Under the pieces are notes generated by a model, which worked only from the letters and a program-made list of their open reading frames with translations, was not told the DNA's origin and searched no databases. From assembly GCA_002269645.1 (NCBI GenBank), contig NIVC01000419.1:248001-312000 (forward strand): a DNA stretch of 64,000 bases, in the 5' to 3' direction. Within the stretch, counting starts at the first letter, position 1, and every line of letters begins with the position of its first letter. This DNA is from Macrostomum lignano (Eukaryota). This document shows positions 1 to 13,700 of the stretch, one piece after another. Made by a program: the position numbers and the translations under genes.

Positions 1-3000
1 AGAGTCGTGCATTACGTAGGGCTTGTCCGTGCGCAGTCGGTCGTTGGTACCGCGAATCATGAGCTCCTGATGATCGACGTTTAATAGAAACACCTTGTGC
101 GGCACAATGCCGTGCTGGGTGAGCAGCTTCACCTGGCGCATGCTGCATGGAAATCCATCGAATACGTAGCCCCGAACGGAGGTTCGCGTGTCCATCAGGA
201 CGGTCTCGACAGCGCGCACGACCAGCTCCTCGGGCGCCACGCCTCCAGCCAGCAGGTGCCTATTAATCTCCTTGGCCAGTGAGGTCTTTCGCTGCTCCTG
301 CAGTACTCGACGAAGAGCGTCTCCCGCACTGAGCCGGACGAGGCCGAGGTCCTTGGCAAATCGGCTGGCCAGGGCGGTCTTGCCGGACTTCGGCGGGCCC
401 AGAACGGCCACTCTAATCGGGACCACCACCCGCGGGTGCTTGGCGCTGCTGTCCAGGTAGCGACGCGGGTCGGCGGCGAAGGAGTCGCGCCTGGCCGCGC
501 TGGACATGAAGTAGACGAAGCTCTGATAGACGGCCGGGAAAGTCGGATGCGCCTCGTCGGCGAGAGGCAGAACGCAGTCGCCGTCGTACAGAGCGACTGG
601 GCACCAGCGGCCGAAGCTGCTGAGGTGCTTGTAGCCGGTGGTGAGCAGACGGGCGGCTGTCTTTTCCGATACCGGGTAAACTCGCTCGAAGATGCTGCGC
701 CGGTTCTCAATAAGGTAGCGCAGGCTCTTGGTGATGTAGTGGCGCACAATGTGCGGCTTCTTGCCCGACTCGACTACGAAACGCGGAATCAGCATCTCCT
801 CCAGCACATCCTTGACAGCGTCCAGCGAGTTCAGATCGCCGTCGTACACATCGTTGATGTCGTTCTTCAGCCGATCGATGGCGTCCTCTTCAGGCTCCTC
901 GTCCTCGTCCTCCATCTCCTCCTCCTCCTCAAACTCCTCAGCCAGGATCGCTTCGATGTCGTTGGCCTCCTCTTCCTCCTCCTCTTCTTCTTCTTCCTCT
1001 TCGTCGCCCTCCTCGATTTCACCGTCCTCGATGCGTTGCTGCCGTTCCGCTTTGCGCTGCTCCTGGCGCTCATTGCGAGCCTCCTCGTTCTCCTTCAGCA
1101 GCTCCTTGCGTCGCTTCTCCATCGCTTCTTGGCGCTTCTTCTGCGACTTCTCCTTGTTACGCTGCTTGATGTCGTTCTTCTGCTTTCGACGCTCGCGCCA
1201 TTTCTCCAGCTTAGGCGGCAGCATCCGGGCGATGATCTCCTGGTCGCCCGTGTTCAACACGATCGCTCCATCGACGAATAGGCCGGCCTCGGCGAGGAAT
1301 TGCGCCTCCTCGGCGTCCTGGGAAGCCTTCGAGCACGAATCCGATGTTCTTGAACGGTTCGCGCGCCAGAACTGCGTCAGCAGAGTCTCCAAGGACTCAG
1401 TAGTCAGCGGATCCTGCTTCTCAATGTTGTTCTTCACGTTCTCCTCCAGATCCGAGTAAGAGATTTCCTCCTCCTCGTCCGGCTCCTCCGGCGACTTCTC
1501 CGATGGCTCTTCAACCTCGACCGGCTCACCGTCGGTCCGTCACGGACGTCTCAGGCAGGTCGGGCAGCTCCTCAGGCAACTCCTCCAGCTGCTCCTCGTG
1601 ATCCGGGCCGATCCGCTTGCGCGTTTTCGGCAGCACAACTTCTTGCAGCCGGTCGCGGAAGGAGATGTGAAACAGGCCAAGTCGGCGGGCCAGCTGCTTT
1701 CCGTGCAGAGTTTTGCCCGAGCCTTTCGGACCGAGGATCAGCAGGCGAAGAGGCGGCGGCTTCAACGGCGTGTCAGTTGGCAGGAAGAGCTCTGGCTGTT
1801 CGAGGAACTTGTCTCTAGCTTCGTTGGACGCGAAATAATAGACCTTGCCGCGATACTTGGCGGCGATCTCCGGGTTGCCAGGCCACATCACCTGGATTAG
1901 GGAATTGAGGAGGTGAAAGTGTGGGTGATGGCCCCAGATTCGAGCGTTAAAAATTGGGTGTCAAAAGGACGTCTTTTCGTCAGTTTCTTGGAAACACTCA
2001 AACAACTCACCTGATTGTCGTGTAGGCTGACTGGACAGAAGAAGCTGGACTCGCCCAGCTGTTTGTTCTTGCCCCGGTTGGGATCTTCTTCCTCCTCGGC
2101 GCCGCCCTCCTCCTCTTCCTCGGCTTCTGCTCTTCCGCCTTGGCCGCCTCGTTGTCCTCCTCCTCCTCCTCGATGTCCTGGCCGGTGAGCTCCCAGGCCT
2201 GATAGCGGAACGGCTTCTCCATGGTGGCAATAATTTCGTTGACAATGTCCTCCTCTGTGCGATCGTTGATCACCACCTCGGTGGGGTCGATGCGGTGTTA
2301 CTCTGCACCGCCGTGACTATGCGCGCGAACTCGGACTCGAACTCCTTGCGCTTGGCTCTGGCCGCGTCAATTTCCGACCGGGCGGCGGCAGCGGCTGGTC
2401 TAGCGGATCCTCCGGAGCTTCAGCAGCGTCGTCAGCGTCGGCGTTCCCAGCGCCGGCATCTTCAGGCTCGACGGAGGACGCAGGCGGCTCCTGGAATTTC
2501 ACCTCGGGCTGGCGGGTTGGCCGCTTCTCTTCTTCCTCCTCGTCATCGTTCTCTTCTTCCTCTTCTTCCTCGCCTTCCTCCTCGGCAGTTTTCTTGGCTT
2601 TGCCATCGCCCTCGCCTTCGCCTCTTCGCCTCATCGCCCTCGCCGGCTTCTTTGGCCAGCCGCTCGGCCTCGAGCGCCAGGCGCTCCTGCTCGGCGCGCT
2701 CTTCTTCCAGTTTGCGCAGCGCCTCCTCCTCGCGACGGCGCTTCTCCTCGGCCTCCCGATCCAGCGCTCCTGGACGCTGGCGCGCACCGAGTCGCGTTGC
2801 GCTGGTACCAGCGGCGCAGCAGGTACTCGCCGCCGTCGCTTGAGTCGCGCAGGATCACCAACTCGTCGGGAAGAAAGCCCTTCTCTTGGCCCTTCTCGAG
2901 CACGGCGTTCCAGACGTCGCGATTCAACGGGAAATTGTCGATCACCCAGCCGCCGGCTAGGGTCCCTGGTCGTTCGGAGCCGACTGGCGCTGCTCGCGTT

Positions 3001-6000
3001 CCACCTGCGGCGGTGTGACAGAGCGAATTTTCTATAGTTTCTTTTCTGAGCCTGCCTACGCATCCCTGTAATTAAGTACTTAGAGTAACTAACCAACCAG
3101 CCAAGCAGCTAAGCAAACAGACAACAGGCAAACTCCAACCTGACGAATGGCATCCTCCAGAACTTCTACGTAAACCTCTGCATCCAGTGTAGCCTTCGCA
3201 CTAGCCGCCTCCTTCACTTTGGCCTCAACTATGGCCACCACTTCCGGATGCTGGGCGTCCACTTCTGGCAGAGGCTCGTCCTGCTCTTCTTCCTCGCCGC
3301 CCTCGACTGCGCCAACATCGGCGGCGGCGGTGTTTGTCCGTCGGGCTCCGGAGCTGCCGTGGCCTCCTCTTCCTCCTTCTTCGCCTCCTCGCTTCGCCAT
3401 CTTCCTCGCCCTCTCCGTCGCCCTCGCCTTCGCCTTCCTCCTCGCCTTCGGCTTCGCCACCTTTGGCCGCTTCGGCTGCCCGTCGGGCCTCCTCAGCTTC
3501 CTGTGGCCCTCTCCGCCGCTTGCTTGGCCGCCGCGCCGCCTCGCGCAGTTTGGCGCGACAATCTCTATGGCCAGAGCCGTAGCCTCTGAGCGAACTTTCT
3601 CCAGTCGAAGCCGAATCTGCTGCTCGATCCGCGGCAGCATCAGCGTTCGAAGTCGATCACCTTGGCGTTGTACCGTTCGGCTAAGAGGAGTGCCGTAGAC
3701 GTTTTGCCCGAATGTGGCGGTCCAGAAACGACCACCTTGACCGGAGGACGCGGCTGCGGCGGCCAGCAAGTACGGTCGGGGTTTTTAGTGAACTTGGCCA
3801 AAGCTTCGAGAGACGAGAGGCAATAAATCTTGTTGAGGAAGCTGCAGCAGAACTCCGGCTTGCCGGGTACCAGGGAGCCTTCGTACAGGGCCACCGGGCA
3901 ATAGCGGAGCCACCTGCTGCGCTGCCAGCGATACCTGTAAGTGCGGTTATGGTGGCTCATTGGTTTGCTTCCTGGGTGGTTGGTCCTCTTTTAGCTCGTA
4001 GTCACAAAATTTCATTGGGTTCGTATCTAGTCATAGGACAACTAGCTTAACTTCCTGAGCTTCCTACATACCTCGTAGTCACGAAGGTCTGACAGTTTCG
4101 CTCTTGGTCCTAGAAGTTTACTATAGCTTCCTAACTTTTCACAGTGTAGTAAACTATAGATACGAGTATGTTCACAAGCTTCCAACCATAATTCTATGGG
4201 TTTCATTCACCTTGGTGCTGGCATCTTCTTGGGCCCCAGCATGCGCATGAGCTCCTCGGTGTCCATGTCCTCAGGCGGCTGGTCCTCCTCGTTGCCAGCC
4301 TCAAACAGGCGCATCGGCGTCACCGCCGGTTGAACGCCGAGGCTCTGCAGCTTCAACTGGACCTGCCGGAAGATGTCTGACGGCAGCAGAGTTGCGTTGA
4401 GCTCGATAACGCATTGTTGATCGTGATCGGACATCAGGTCCTCTACCAGGCGTTGGCACCGCGCCACGTAGTCGTTAATGCCGGCCGTCACCGACTGCGG
4501 CATGTCCTCGGGCCGACGTAGCAGTCGCTGGATCACTTCCGGTGCCAGAAGCGGGAAGTCCGCGCTGCCTGGCAGTTCCAGCTCCTCTTCCTCTTCGAGC
4601 TCCTCTTCTTCTTCCTCTTCCTCATCGTCGTCTGCGTCCGGCTCAGGTTTCTCCTCTTTAGGCTGCTTCTCCGGCTTGTCCGGGTCGTAAAACTCCTTGC
4701 CATAGAGGGCGCCGTCCTCGAAGTCGATCCGGACGGTGACTCGTCGCGATTGAAGATCCTCGTTAGTCAGCTTCAGGTGCAGGATGTAGTCGGGCGACAG
4801 GGACATTGATTTGAGCAGATCCAGCTGCTTCTGCATCGGCATGAAGCTGTCGTTTGAGCAGGGTAGGCCATCCAGGACATAGCCATGATGCTGCACCTCT
4901 GGTGACTTCAGTTTGTCCAATAGCAGCTGAGTTGGCGAAAGAAATTGAAAAATGCAACATTAATTAAAGTAGATACATTAGCTGTAGTAAACTAACTGTG
5001 AAACTGGCGAAACTGCCTCCTTGTGAATTTTTCTCCATAATTATTTAAAAAGCAAAAAATTGTACCACATTGAATGATCAGTGACCAAATACAATACAAA
5101 TGCAGTGAAAATAAAACGACAATTTTATCAACGCATTGTAGAAAATTTCTGTTCATGTAAATTACCAGCTTTCGTTAATGTCCGCCTGAATGCTTAAGCA
5201 AAATTCATAGAAAATAAATTCAGATTAGTATTGTTGAATTACATTTATTTTGCTGTAGACTAACTTAGTTCAAAAGTACAGAATATTTACCTTTTAGAAA
5301 AGCAAAATATAATAAAATATCAACAGGCATCAGAAATTAGTACCATATTTTTGTTTACTTTTTCAAGAAATAAAAGAGAAACATGAAATGTCACAATACT
5401 ATTTTGATATTATCGGATTTTCGTCTGATAATTCAAGTCCATCTCTTTGTGTGCTATAAATTTATGAATACCGATTCCAAGGAACAATGCTATACGATAT
5501 TGATATATCCAGCCCTACTATTACTTCTATTATTAAAGTTTAAGGTCCATTAAATCAGTTGAGATAATATTTTTGTCAATTTTAGGTAAATATCAAAGCC
5601 CAACAAGAAAAAGAAGCCTCTGTGCTGACTGTGCACCATTTCAACTGCAAAAAAAATTATTTTCTGTCTATAGCTCTATGCCAAATGCAAGTGTATATTA
5701 AACTGATGGAAAATTTTAAAACTAAAACTAAATACTATGTCTTTAACCTTCTGTAAAACACCTGGTAAAGTAAAGAGCTGAAGTACATGCTTAAAAATTT
5801 TTATGGAAGTTATTACACATTTGCAACCTCTAGTCTACTAACTTTAATAACTATATTTTACTGTGATTTATGCTCTACAAATTTCTACAAACAAAAGCAA
5901 AAAATATATGCATATATATTCAACACTGAAAAATTCTTACATTAAAAACAACTTCATCGCTCAAAATCTCGCCTGCTTCCAGCTTTTTTCGAAGTTCTTC

Positions 6001-6303
6001 TCCGAGCTCAGTCTCTGTGTGAATTATCCCATTAAGAATTTCTGTTGGATTAACGAGCTCACAATTAAAAGCATCACGAATCTTTTTAGCCAAAGTGGTC
6101 TTTCCTGAACCAGGCTTTCCAATTATTAAGAAGCATGCTGGCTTTCGATTTAGTGTCAACAATTCTGCATCGTCTTCTGAAAACGGATCCACATGTTCGT
6201 TCTTAATCAAGCTAGAAATTTTATCCTTTTCAGTTTGGCTCTTGACCCTTGATCTAATCGGAGACGGGTCGAAAGCTCCAAATGAATCTGCTGTTGTACT
6301 CAT
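1..6303 (-). CDS. AK9: Adenylate kinase 9 (multi-NMP-kinase-domain protein), 5' part; continues off the left edge; several apparent frameshifts
   Basis: Exons inferred at 6303-5941, 4926-4211, 3934-3140, ~3004-2011 and 1891-<1 with GT/AG junctions. Repeated P-loops (GKPGSGKTT, GPPHSGKTS, GPKGSGKTL, GPPKSGKTA), YCPVALYEG/KIYCLSS and FCPVSL/WPGNPEIAAKYRGKVYYF repeats, GGWVIDNFP, GYVFDGFP and acidic linkers match the AK9 architecture. Confidence 0.88.
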
Positions 6304-7753
6304 TTAGATAGTCATATTAACTCAGGAATAAAATCTAACTTGGGTTACTGTTACTCCAGTTTTTTTTACAATAAATCATTTTGCGCTAGGAACTCAAATC
6401 CAATCTGCTTTCGTTTCCACTAGCGATTTAAAAGTAAAACAAAAATAACGATTTCCTGCCGACAGGACATTTAAAATATATTCTTCAGTTTGCAGTAGCA
6501 TATATTATTTTGTAAAGATACATAATAAAAACCTATAATAATCATTTTATGGTTATAAAACTTTTCTTTGTTTACTTGTCAATTTAGTATGCTATAGTCG
6601 ATATAATACTATTGCAGTTTATACATTAGACCAATGCACAACAATGCGTTTCTCTTGCCAATTTTGTACATGAATATATAAACATGTGCACTTAATTAGT
6701 CAGAAGGCATGAAATCGTAGATAAATTACATGTACTTGCGTACAAGCTTCATACATTTTATTCTTTAAACTCGGTCATTTAGTGTTAAAATTATCGCGCT
6801 AACAACGATTTTCTACGTGTAATGCAAAATATTAATTCTGGTACAATTATATGTATGCGTACTCGAGCTTCGATCTTAGCTGTACAAGTAAAACATTATT
6901 ATTTCTTGCTTGAATTCATTATTATCTTCATTATCTTCATTTATATCTTCATAATCTTCATTCATTCATTATCCTCATTATCTTCATAATGATGGTCATT
7001 TCTTGCTTGATTGGAACTCTCGCTGCAAATATATGTAGCTACGTAAAATTCAAATGAAATGAATAAAATGACACATAAAATAGTTGTACTTTTTCCGTGC
7101 AGACCCTGCATCGTGACCTATTATTTTCTATGCGGGTTATTTGATCGTATTAATTAATTTGCACTACAGTGTATCATATCATATTCAAAGATGCGTGCTT
7201 GGCCGGAATATCCGCAAACCCGTGTCTCAGTGGGCAATGGCATTAGTAGCCCATGCTCATATTTATTACATATTAATGATCATTTTATATGGATACTATA
7301 TGCTGTTAATAAAACCCAAGAGAATGTCATAAATTGTCCCAATGAGATTCGCTTGCAGTGCTCAATGATACTCGAATGAAGCGGAGGAACCTACTAGATA
7401 TCGGGGAATCGAATAATTTGCACCCACGAAATCCAGACACTAACTAAATGACACAAGCTCCATTTATCGTATACTGGCTCTTATCTGAAAGCTTTATTAC
7501 TTCATGCCTATCTCAAATTTTGGCTTTTGCTTTTTCATATAGACATGTCTTTAGAATTGCATTCCTGAGATTTGAAGGATTAATTGCATGACTCTGTTTC
7601 TTTTCATAAATAAACGCGATACCAGATGAGAATCTAAATGAATAATCCTACCCAAGGCTGCACAGACGAATCCAGCCACGAGTAATCAGCCCTGAATTCC
7701 AATTGGTCGGGAATTATCCAAATATATAGCTACATATAGGTTCCCAACTATCG

Positions 7754-10700
7754 ATGCTGCAACTCAGCTGTCAGATTCATCAAAGCACGCCGCCTATTAA
7801 GATTCTGCCCGAAAGCATGCGCTCTGAAGAATCGGCAAAAAACAACAGCGTTCCCGAGCTGACGCGCCTCAATGCCGACTCATCCTTGCCGGCCAAGCCA
7901 GTGCCTCAGCCTTCTGCCAACATTCGGCAGCTGTTCTGCAGCAGCAGCAGCCTGCGCGGTGTGCCAAAGATCTGTCGAGCTGACACAACTTTCCTTCGAA
8001 TACTCTGGCTAGTCTTTGTCCTGGCCATGTTCATCCTGTTAGTGTACTCGTCCACTAGGGTGCTGATGAACTATCGAGAGTACGACGTGTCAGTGCAGAC
8101 GTCAGTCATAGGCAATGATCCCAGCGACTTTCCCGCCATCACAATCTGCAGTCATTATCCGTTCTCGCCTAGGGCGGCTAGAATGTGGCAGCAGTGCGAT
8201 GGACAACTGGCACCAGCGACTTTCAACCGGCGGTTGAGACAACTGACCAGACAGTTGTTGTTCAGCGGCAACCTGCGACTGGCCAACACGCTGCTGTTTT
8301 ATGATAAGGTTCGGTTTTGGATGAAGGGTGGCCTGTCGCAGATTTTACGCTCAGATATGACTTTTTCGGAACGATTGGTAGTGTTTTTCAATGTTCTGTG
8401 ACTGCTTCACAACGATTGGTAGTGTTTTTCAATGTTCTGTGACTGCTTCACAACGATTGGTAGTGTTTTTCAATGTTCTGTGACTGCTTCACAACGATTG
8501 GTAGTGTTTTTCAATGTTCTGTGACTGCTTCACAACGATTGGTAGTGTTTTTCAATGTTCTGTGACTGCTTCACAACGATTGGTAGTGTTTAAAGAAGTG
8601 TTTGTTCTCGATAGCTATTGCAGAATGACAATAGGACTTACCATAAGGCGAGAAAAAAGTTTTAGTTTAAAAAAGCTACCAATCAAACATTTTCGGCATG
8701 AGGGCGAGTGTTTATAGAGGATAGAGAGAGATCGAGAGCATTTTGGCAAGAGCTCGGACTGTCTGCGGACATACAGATATAGTTGTGTTACAATACAACC
8801 GAGACAGTTTTGTACACAGTAGAACGCATCTGTAGAATTAACAAATTTATCGGCTAAAATCTCTGTTTCATATCTTGTGAATTGATGAGTTTTCGACGCT
8901 ACCAAACTTTTTTATGCTTAAAGAAGAGATTCTAGACTGCATGGATGCCTCTCAATTGTAGAGCTCAAGGAGCCGAAAGTAATATTGAAAAAGAACAAAT
9001 TTTCATACCGACTTGTTTAATTTTTAATGCCAACTGGAGCCCCTCCCCCTGAGGCAACTGCTACCCAGGAAACTACTTGTCTTGTCTCGGTTTTCAACCA
9101 CCAGCAAAACCTTTTCTTCAATTGAAATAATCAGCACTACCTTGATTTATTATTTGTGTCGGAAAGTCTCTAAAAAGACACTGCATGACCTGGTGGAACC
9201 CCAGACAGCAATATGCCTTCGGCATATTTTAAATAAATAGGAGCTTAGCTGGAGTATATTTATATATATTTTTTCATTTTCGCAGGTGAACACGTATTAT
9301 CAGAATCTGGACCCAAACGTGACCGTGTCCATGGGTCACAGTGTGGACGAGTTCCTCCTTCACTGCATGATCGCCATCGGCAACTATGTGATGGTTGGCA
9401 AAGCCAGCGAATGCCAACTAACCTTTCAGCTGGTCTCGCACCCGAAGTACTTCAACTGCTACACGGTTAAGCCGACGCAGGCGGACAAGTCGCAAGCAAT
9501 GTCGGCTGTGTATCTCATTGTGAATCTGGGTTCGAACTCGCGACAGCACCCCTGGGAGCAGGCCTTCGTGATGGACGTGTTCGACCAGGCCTACGGGCTG
9601 CGCCTGCTGCTGCACGAGGCGAACCTCTATCCCGGTATTGAGAATGCCGGAGTGCATATTGAGCCAGGTGAATCCGATGGAAGAGCCTCATAGAGGCTTC
9701 GAAGACTGACGTAAGATCCCCATTCTTTCTCCGAAGTATTGAAGTCACGAAGCTTTGGACGCGTTCTCATTCCATTTAATTCCCATAGGATTTAGTTTTA
9801 GTGGGTGTCTGCTTGGCTGTCTTATCTACGAGTATATCAATGCGTCTAGCTGCGTCCATCAAATACGCATAAAACCGAATGGCTGGATGTACAGAGCGAC
9901 AAAAAGTTTCCAGTCTACAAAATAAGCTCATAGCTAACTATGTCCTTGGTTGAGAAAACCTTCACACCGATTTAGGGTGCTGTTAAAGAGCTGAATTATG
10001 CACAGGCAGCATAAATTGAATTTAACTGACCCTACCGTATTTTTAGAAACCCCAATCCAGACGAATTCGTGAAATTGAGAATTGATCGAATTTGCACTTT
10101 AATCTGAAATCAATATCGCACTTGATATTTGATCGAGTACGAACTGAGTCTGTGGTCTCTTTGACTTAGAAGACTTTTGGCACTTTTAGACTCTACATAC
10201 ATTTACATACACCGTGCCTGGAGTTAAAAGTAGCCTGAAAATGATGAGAAAAAGCATGAGAAGTAGCCTGAGAATGATGAGAAAGAGCATGAGAAGGAGC
10301 CTGAAAAGGAACCTGAAAAGGAACCTGAAAAGGAGCATGAGAAGGAGCATGAGAAGGAGCATGAGAAGGAGCATGAGAAGGAGCATGAGAAGGAGCCTGA
10401 GAAGGAGCATGAGAAGGAGCATGAGAAGTAGCCTGAGAATGATGAGAAAGAGCATGAGAAGGAGCCTGAAAAGGAACCTGAAAAGGAGCATGAGAAGGAG
10501 CATGAGAAGGAGCATGAGAAGGAGCATGAGAAGGAGCATGAGAAGGAGCATGAGAAGGAGCATGAGAAGGAGCCTGAGAAGGAGCCTGAGAAGGAGCCTG
10601 AGAAGGAGCCTGAGAAGGAGCCTGAGAAGGAGCCTGAGAAGGAGCCTGAGAAGGAGCCTGAGAAGGAGCCTGAGAAGGAGCCTGAGAAGGAGCCTGAGAA

Positions 10701-13700
10701 GGAGCCTGAGAAGGAACCTGAGAAGGAGCCTGGGAAGGAGCCTGGGAAGGAGCCTGAGAAGGAGCATGAGAAGGAGCATGAGAAGGAGCCTGAAAAGGAA
10801 CCTGAGAAGGAGCCTGAGAAGGAGCCTGAGAAGGAGCCTGAGAAGGAGCCTGAGAAGGAACCTGAGAAGGAGCCTGGGAAGGAGCCTGAGAAGGAGCCTG
10901 AGAAGGAGCATGAGAAGGAGCATGAGAAGGAGCATGAGAAGGAGCATGAGAAGGAGCCTGAGAAGGAGCATGAGAAGGAGCCTGAGAAGGAGCATGAGAA
11001 GGAGCCTGAGAAGGAGATTAGACTATTAGACTTCTAATACTATTAGAGGAACAAAAACTATGAGCGCAGTTTTTTTGACACAGCCTTTGAGCAAGACTTT
11101 TCCGCTCGGAATCAGCTAGCAACCCACTGCCCTAAAGATACCCTAAGACCGTTTCTTCGGGCTAATCTCGCTTTCATGCAAATTACAATTGTATTTGAAT
11201 TTTCTCCATTCTAAAACTAAATGTAGATCACACGTGGAGAGCAATGAGAATTTAGCCAAGGACATATTTTAAGACATTCCAACCGAAAATCTTGTATCAC
11301 ACCGAGATCACACATGGCTCTCTCTAAAAAGAACCAAGAAACTCCACATGAACCTCTCGTAAGATTGTGAGATCCCACACGAATCTCTGATAGATTTTGA
11401 GATCCCACAATGATCTCTCATAGGATTGTGAGATCCCACACGAATCTCTCATAGAATTGTGAGATCCCACACGAATCTCTCATAGAATTTTGAGATCCTA
11501 CACAAATCTCTCATAGGATTTTGAGATCCCACACGAATCTCTCATAGGATTGTGAGATCCTACACAAATCTCTCATAGGATTTTGAGATCCCACACGAAT
11601 CTCTCATAGGATTGTGAGATCCTACACAAATCTCTCATAGGATTTTGAGATCCCACACGAATCTCTCATAGGATTTTGAGATCCCACACGAATCTCTCAT
11701 AGGATTGTGAGATCCTACACAAATCTCTCATAGGATTTTGAGATCCCAAATTAATCTCTCATAGGATTGTGAGATCCTACACGAACCTCACAAATGACAA
11801 TAAGATCCCACAGAGAACAGTTGGATTCTACAATCAAACTGGACAATTGTAAGTCCTCAATCAGGAAATCTGAAAGCTATAAATAATAAGCAGAGGGTAT
11901 TTTGCACAATACTGAAGCACAGTGATGGCTAACTGAAGCATCTAGAGCTGTCAGAAGGCTCTCCCATAAATATCCCATTCCAAAAATTGATGCAGACTGC
12001 ACTGCCGATTTTGCATTCAATTTACTTAATTGGCCTTTCTGCGTCAGACCCCCGTGCCACTGCCACTCCTCAATCAAACCTTGATTGAGGTTTCAGCTTC
12101 AAGCAATTAAGGAGTAAGTAAATTGTAATGATATTGCAATTGCTAGTTTTTCATATGGCTGCCTGCAAAATGAGCCGTTGTTTGATCGAAAATTTCTACG
12201 GATATTAAACACAAAATACTACCTTCCTTCATGCGAATTTCCCAATTAGAAATCCCATAGCTACAGAAATCCATAGCTACAGAAATCCCACAGTTACAGA
12301 AATCCATAGTGTTGTGTATTGCAAAGGCATGCGAGGCGTAGGGGTAGTTCGGGGACAGCGTTTCTAGAAACTTCCACCGCGGACTTGTTTACGCATAGTT
12401 CCAGAAGTTTCCTTCCCCGGTCTTTCTAGAACTTTCCTTCCCCGCGTGCATAAATATACGAGCCGCCCTCCTATTGGCCAGTCCCTTCTTTGGTGCCACT
12501 GAGCGCCCGGATAATTATCTATCTTGTTTCTGCGTTCGTTAATTCAACAACAGAACATTGGCGACGAGGATGGGATAGCATCCCTGCACCCACGCCCTTC
12601 CTGGCGAACTGCGGATCACCGACAGTACCATGGAGCCGATGGATTGAGGCCTTTGAATTTTATTACGAGGCGGCCCAATTCAAGGAGCCCGAAGGGAAGG
12701 AAGAGGCGAAACCGCTGAAGAGGAGCCTTCTGCTCCATCTGCTTGGATTCGAAGGTCAGCGGGTTGCTCGAGCACGCCAAGCAATCAAGGAGAACGACAC
12801 GTTCGCAGCAACTAAGGCGGAGCTCGAGAAGATCTTCGGCGAGAAGCCCAACGTGATGGTAGCCAGATATCGCTTCCGCCAGCGCCAGCAGCTACCCGGC
12901 GAGGACGTCAAGACCTTCGTGGCAGCCCTGAGGGAGCTGACGGAGCTGTGCAACTACGGCGCGATACAGGACGATCTCATCAGAGACCAGCTGGCTGAGA
13001 AGACCAGTAACCCCAGAATCCGAGAGAGGCTGCTGACGGAGAAGGTGGAGGACCTCAACCTGGCGAAAGCGCTCAGCATCGCGGTCTCCATCGAGGAAGC
13101 CTCCAAAGAAGCCAAGGCGATGGCGCCATCAACCTCGAGCACGGCAGCCGTCCAATCGATCCGACAGCCGAGGGGCCAGAAGGTCGCTGCAAAGGGGAGG
13201 CACCGCCCAGCACCAGCTGGCAGGACGGCCAAACCCGGCGGCGCCTGCACGCGCTGTGGGCGAGACCACGGACCGACGACCCCCTGTCCGGCCAAGGGCA
13301 AGACATGCGACGCTGTGGCAAGAAGAACCACTTCCGGAGTTGCTGTCGCAGCCAGCAGGCTGCTGTCAATGCCGCGGACGAGGTGATCACAGTCTACGCA
13401 GTGCCGGGTGGCGACAGGGAGGTCCGGGCGACGCTGGAACTCGGACCGGACAGGACCGCTGTCAGCCTGATGGTGGACTGCGGCGCAAGGGTGTCGCTGC
13501 TGTCCGACAGACCGCCGACCGGATCTCAGGCGCAGTCACCTCTCCCACCACGACGAAGCTGCGTGCCTACGGCGGACTGCCGATCCAGCTAAGTGGTGTC
13601 ACCGAGCTGGAGGTGCGCTACGGCGACAAGGCGATGCAGCACCGGTTCTTCGTTGCGCCAGGCGGCGACAACATCGTCGGTAGAGACCTGATGGAGAAGC

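Noticed and set aside
436-3698. Plus-strand ORFs up to 281 aa over AK9
   Set aside because: Antisense shadows of GC3-rich AK9 exons.
10186-11029. Long ORFs on both strands (Leu-rich and Arg/Ser-rich, RS-domain-like)
   Set aside because: Translations of a 12-bp stop-free minisatellite inside an ENaC intron.
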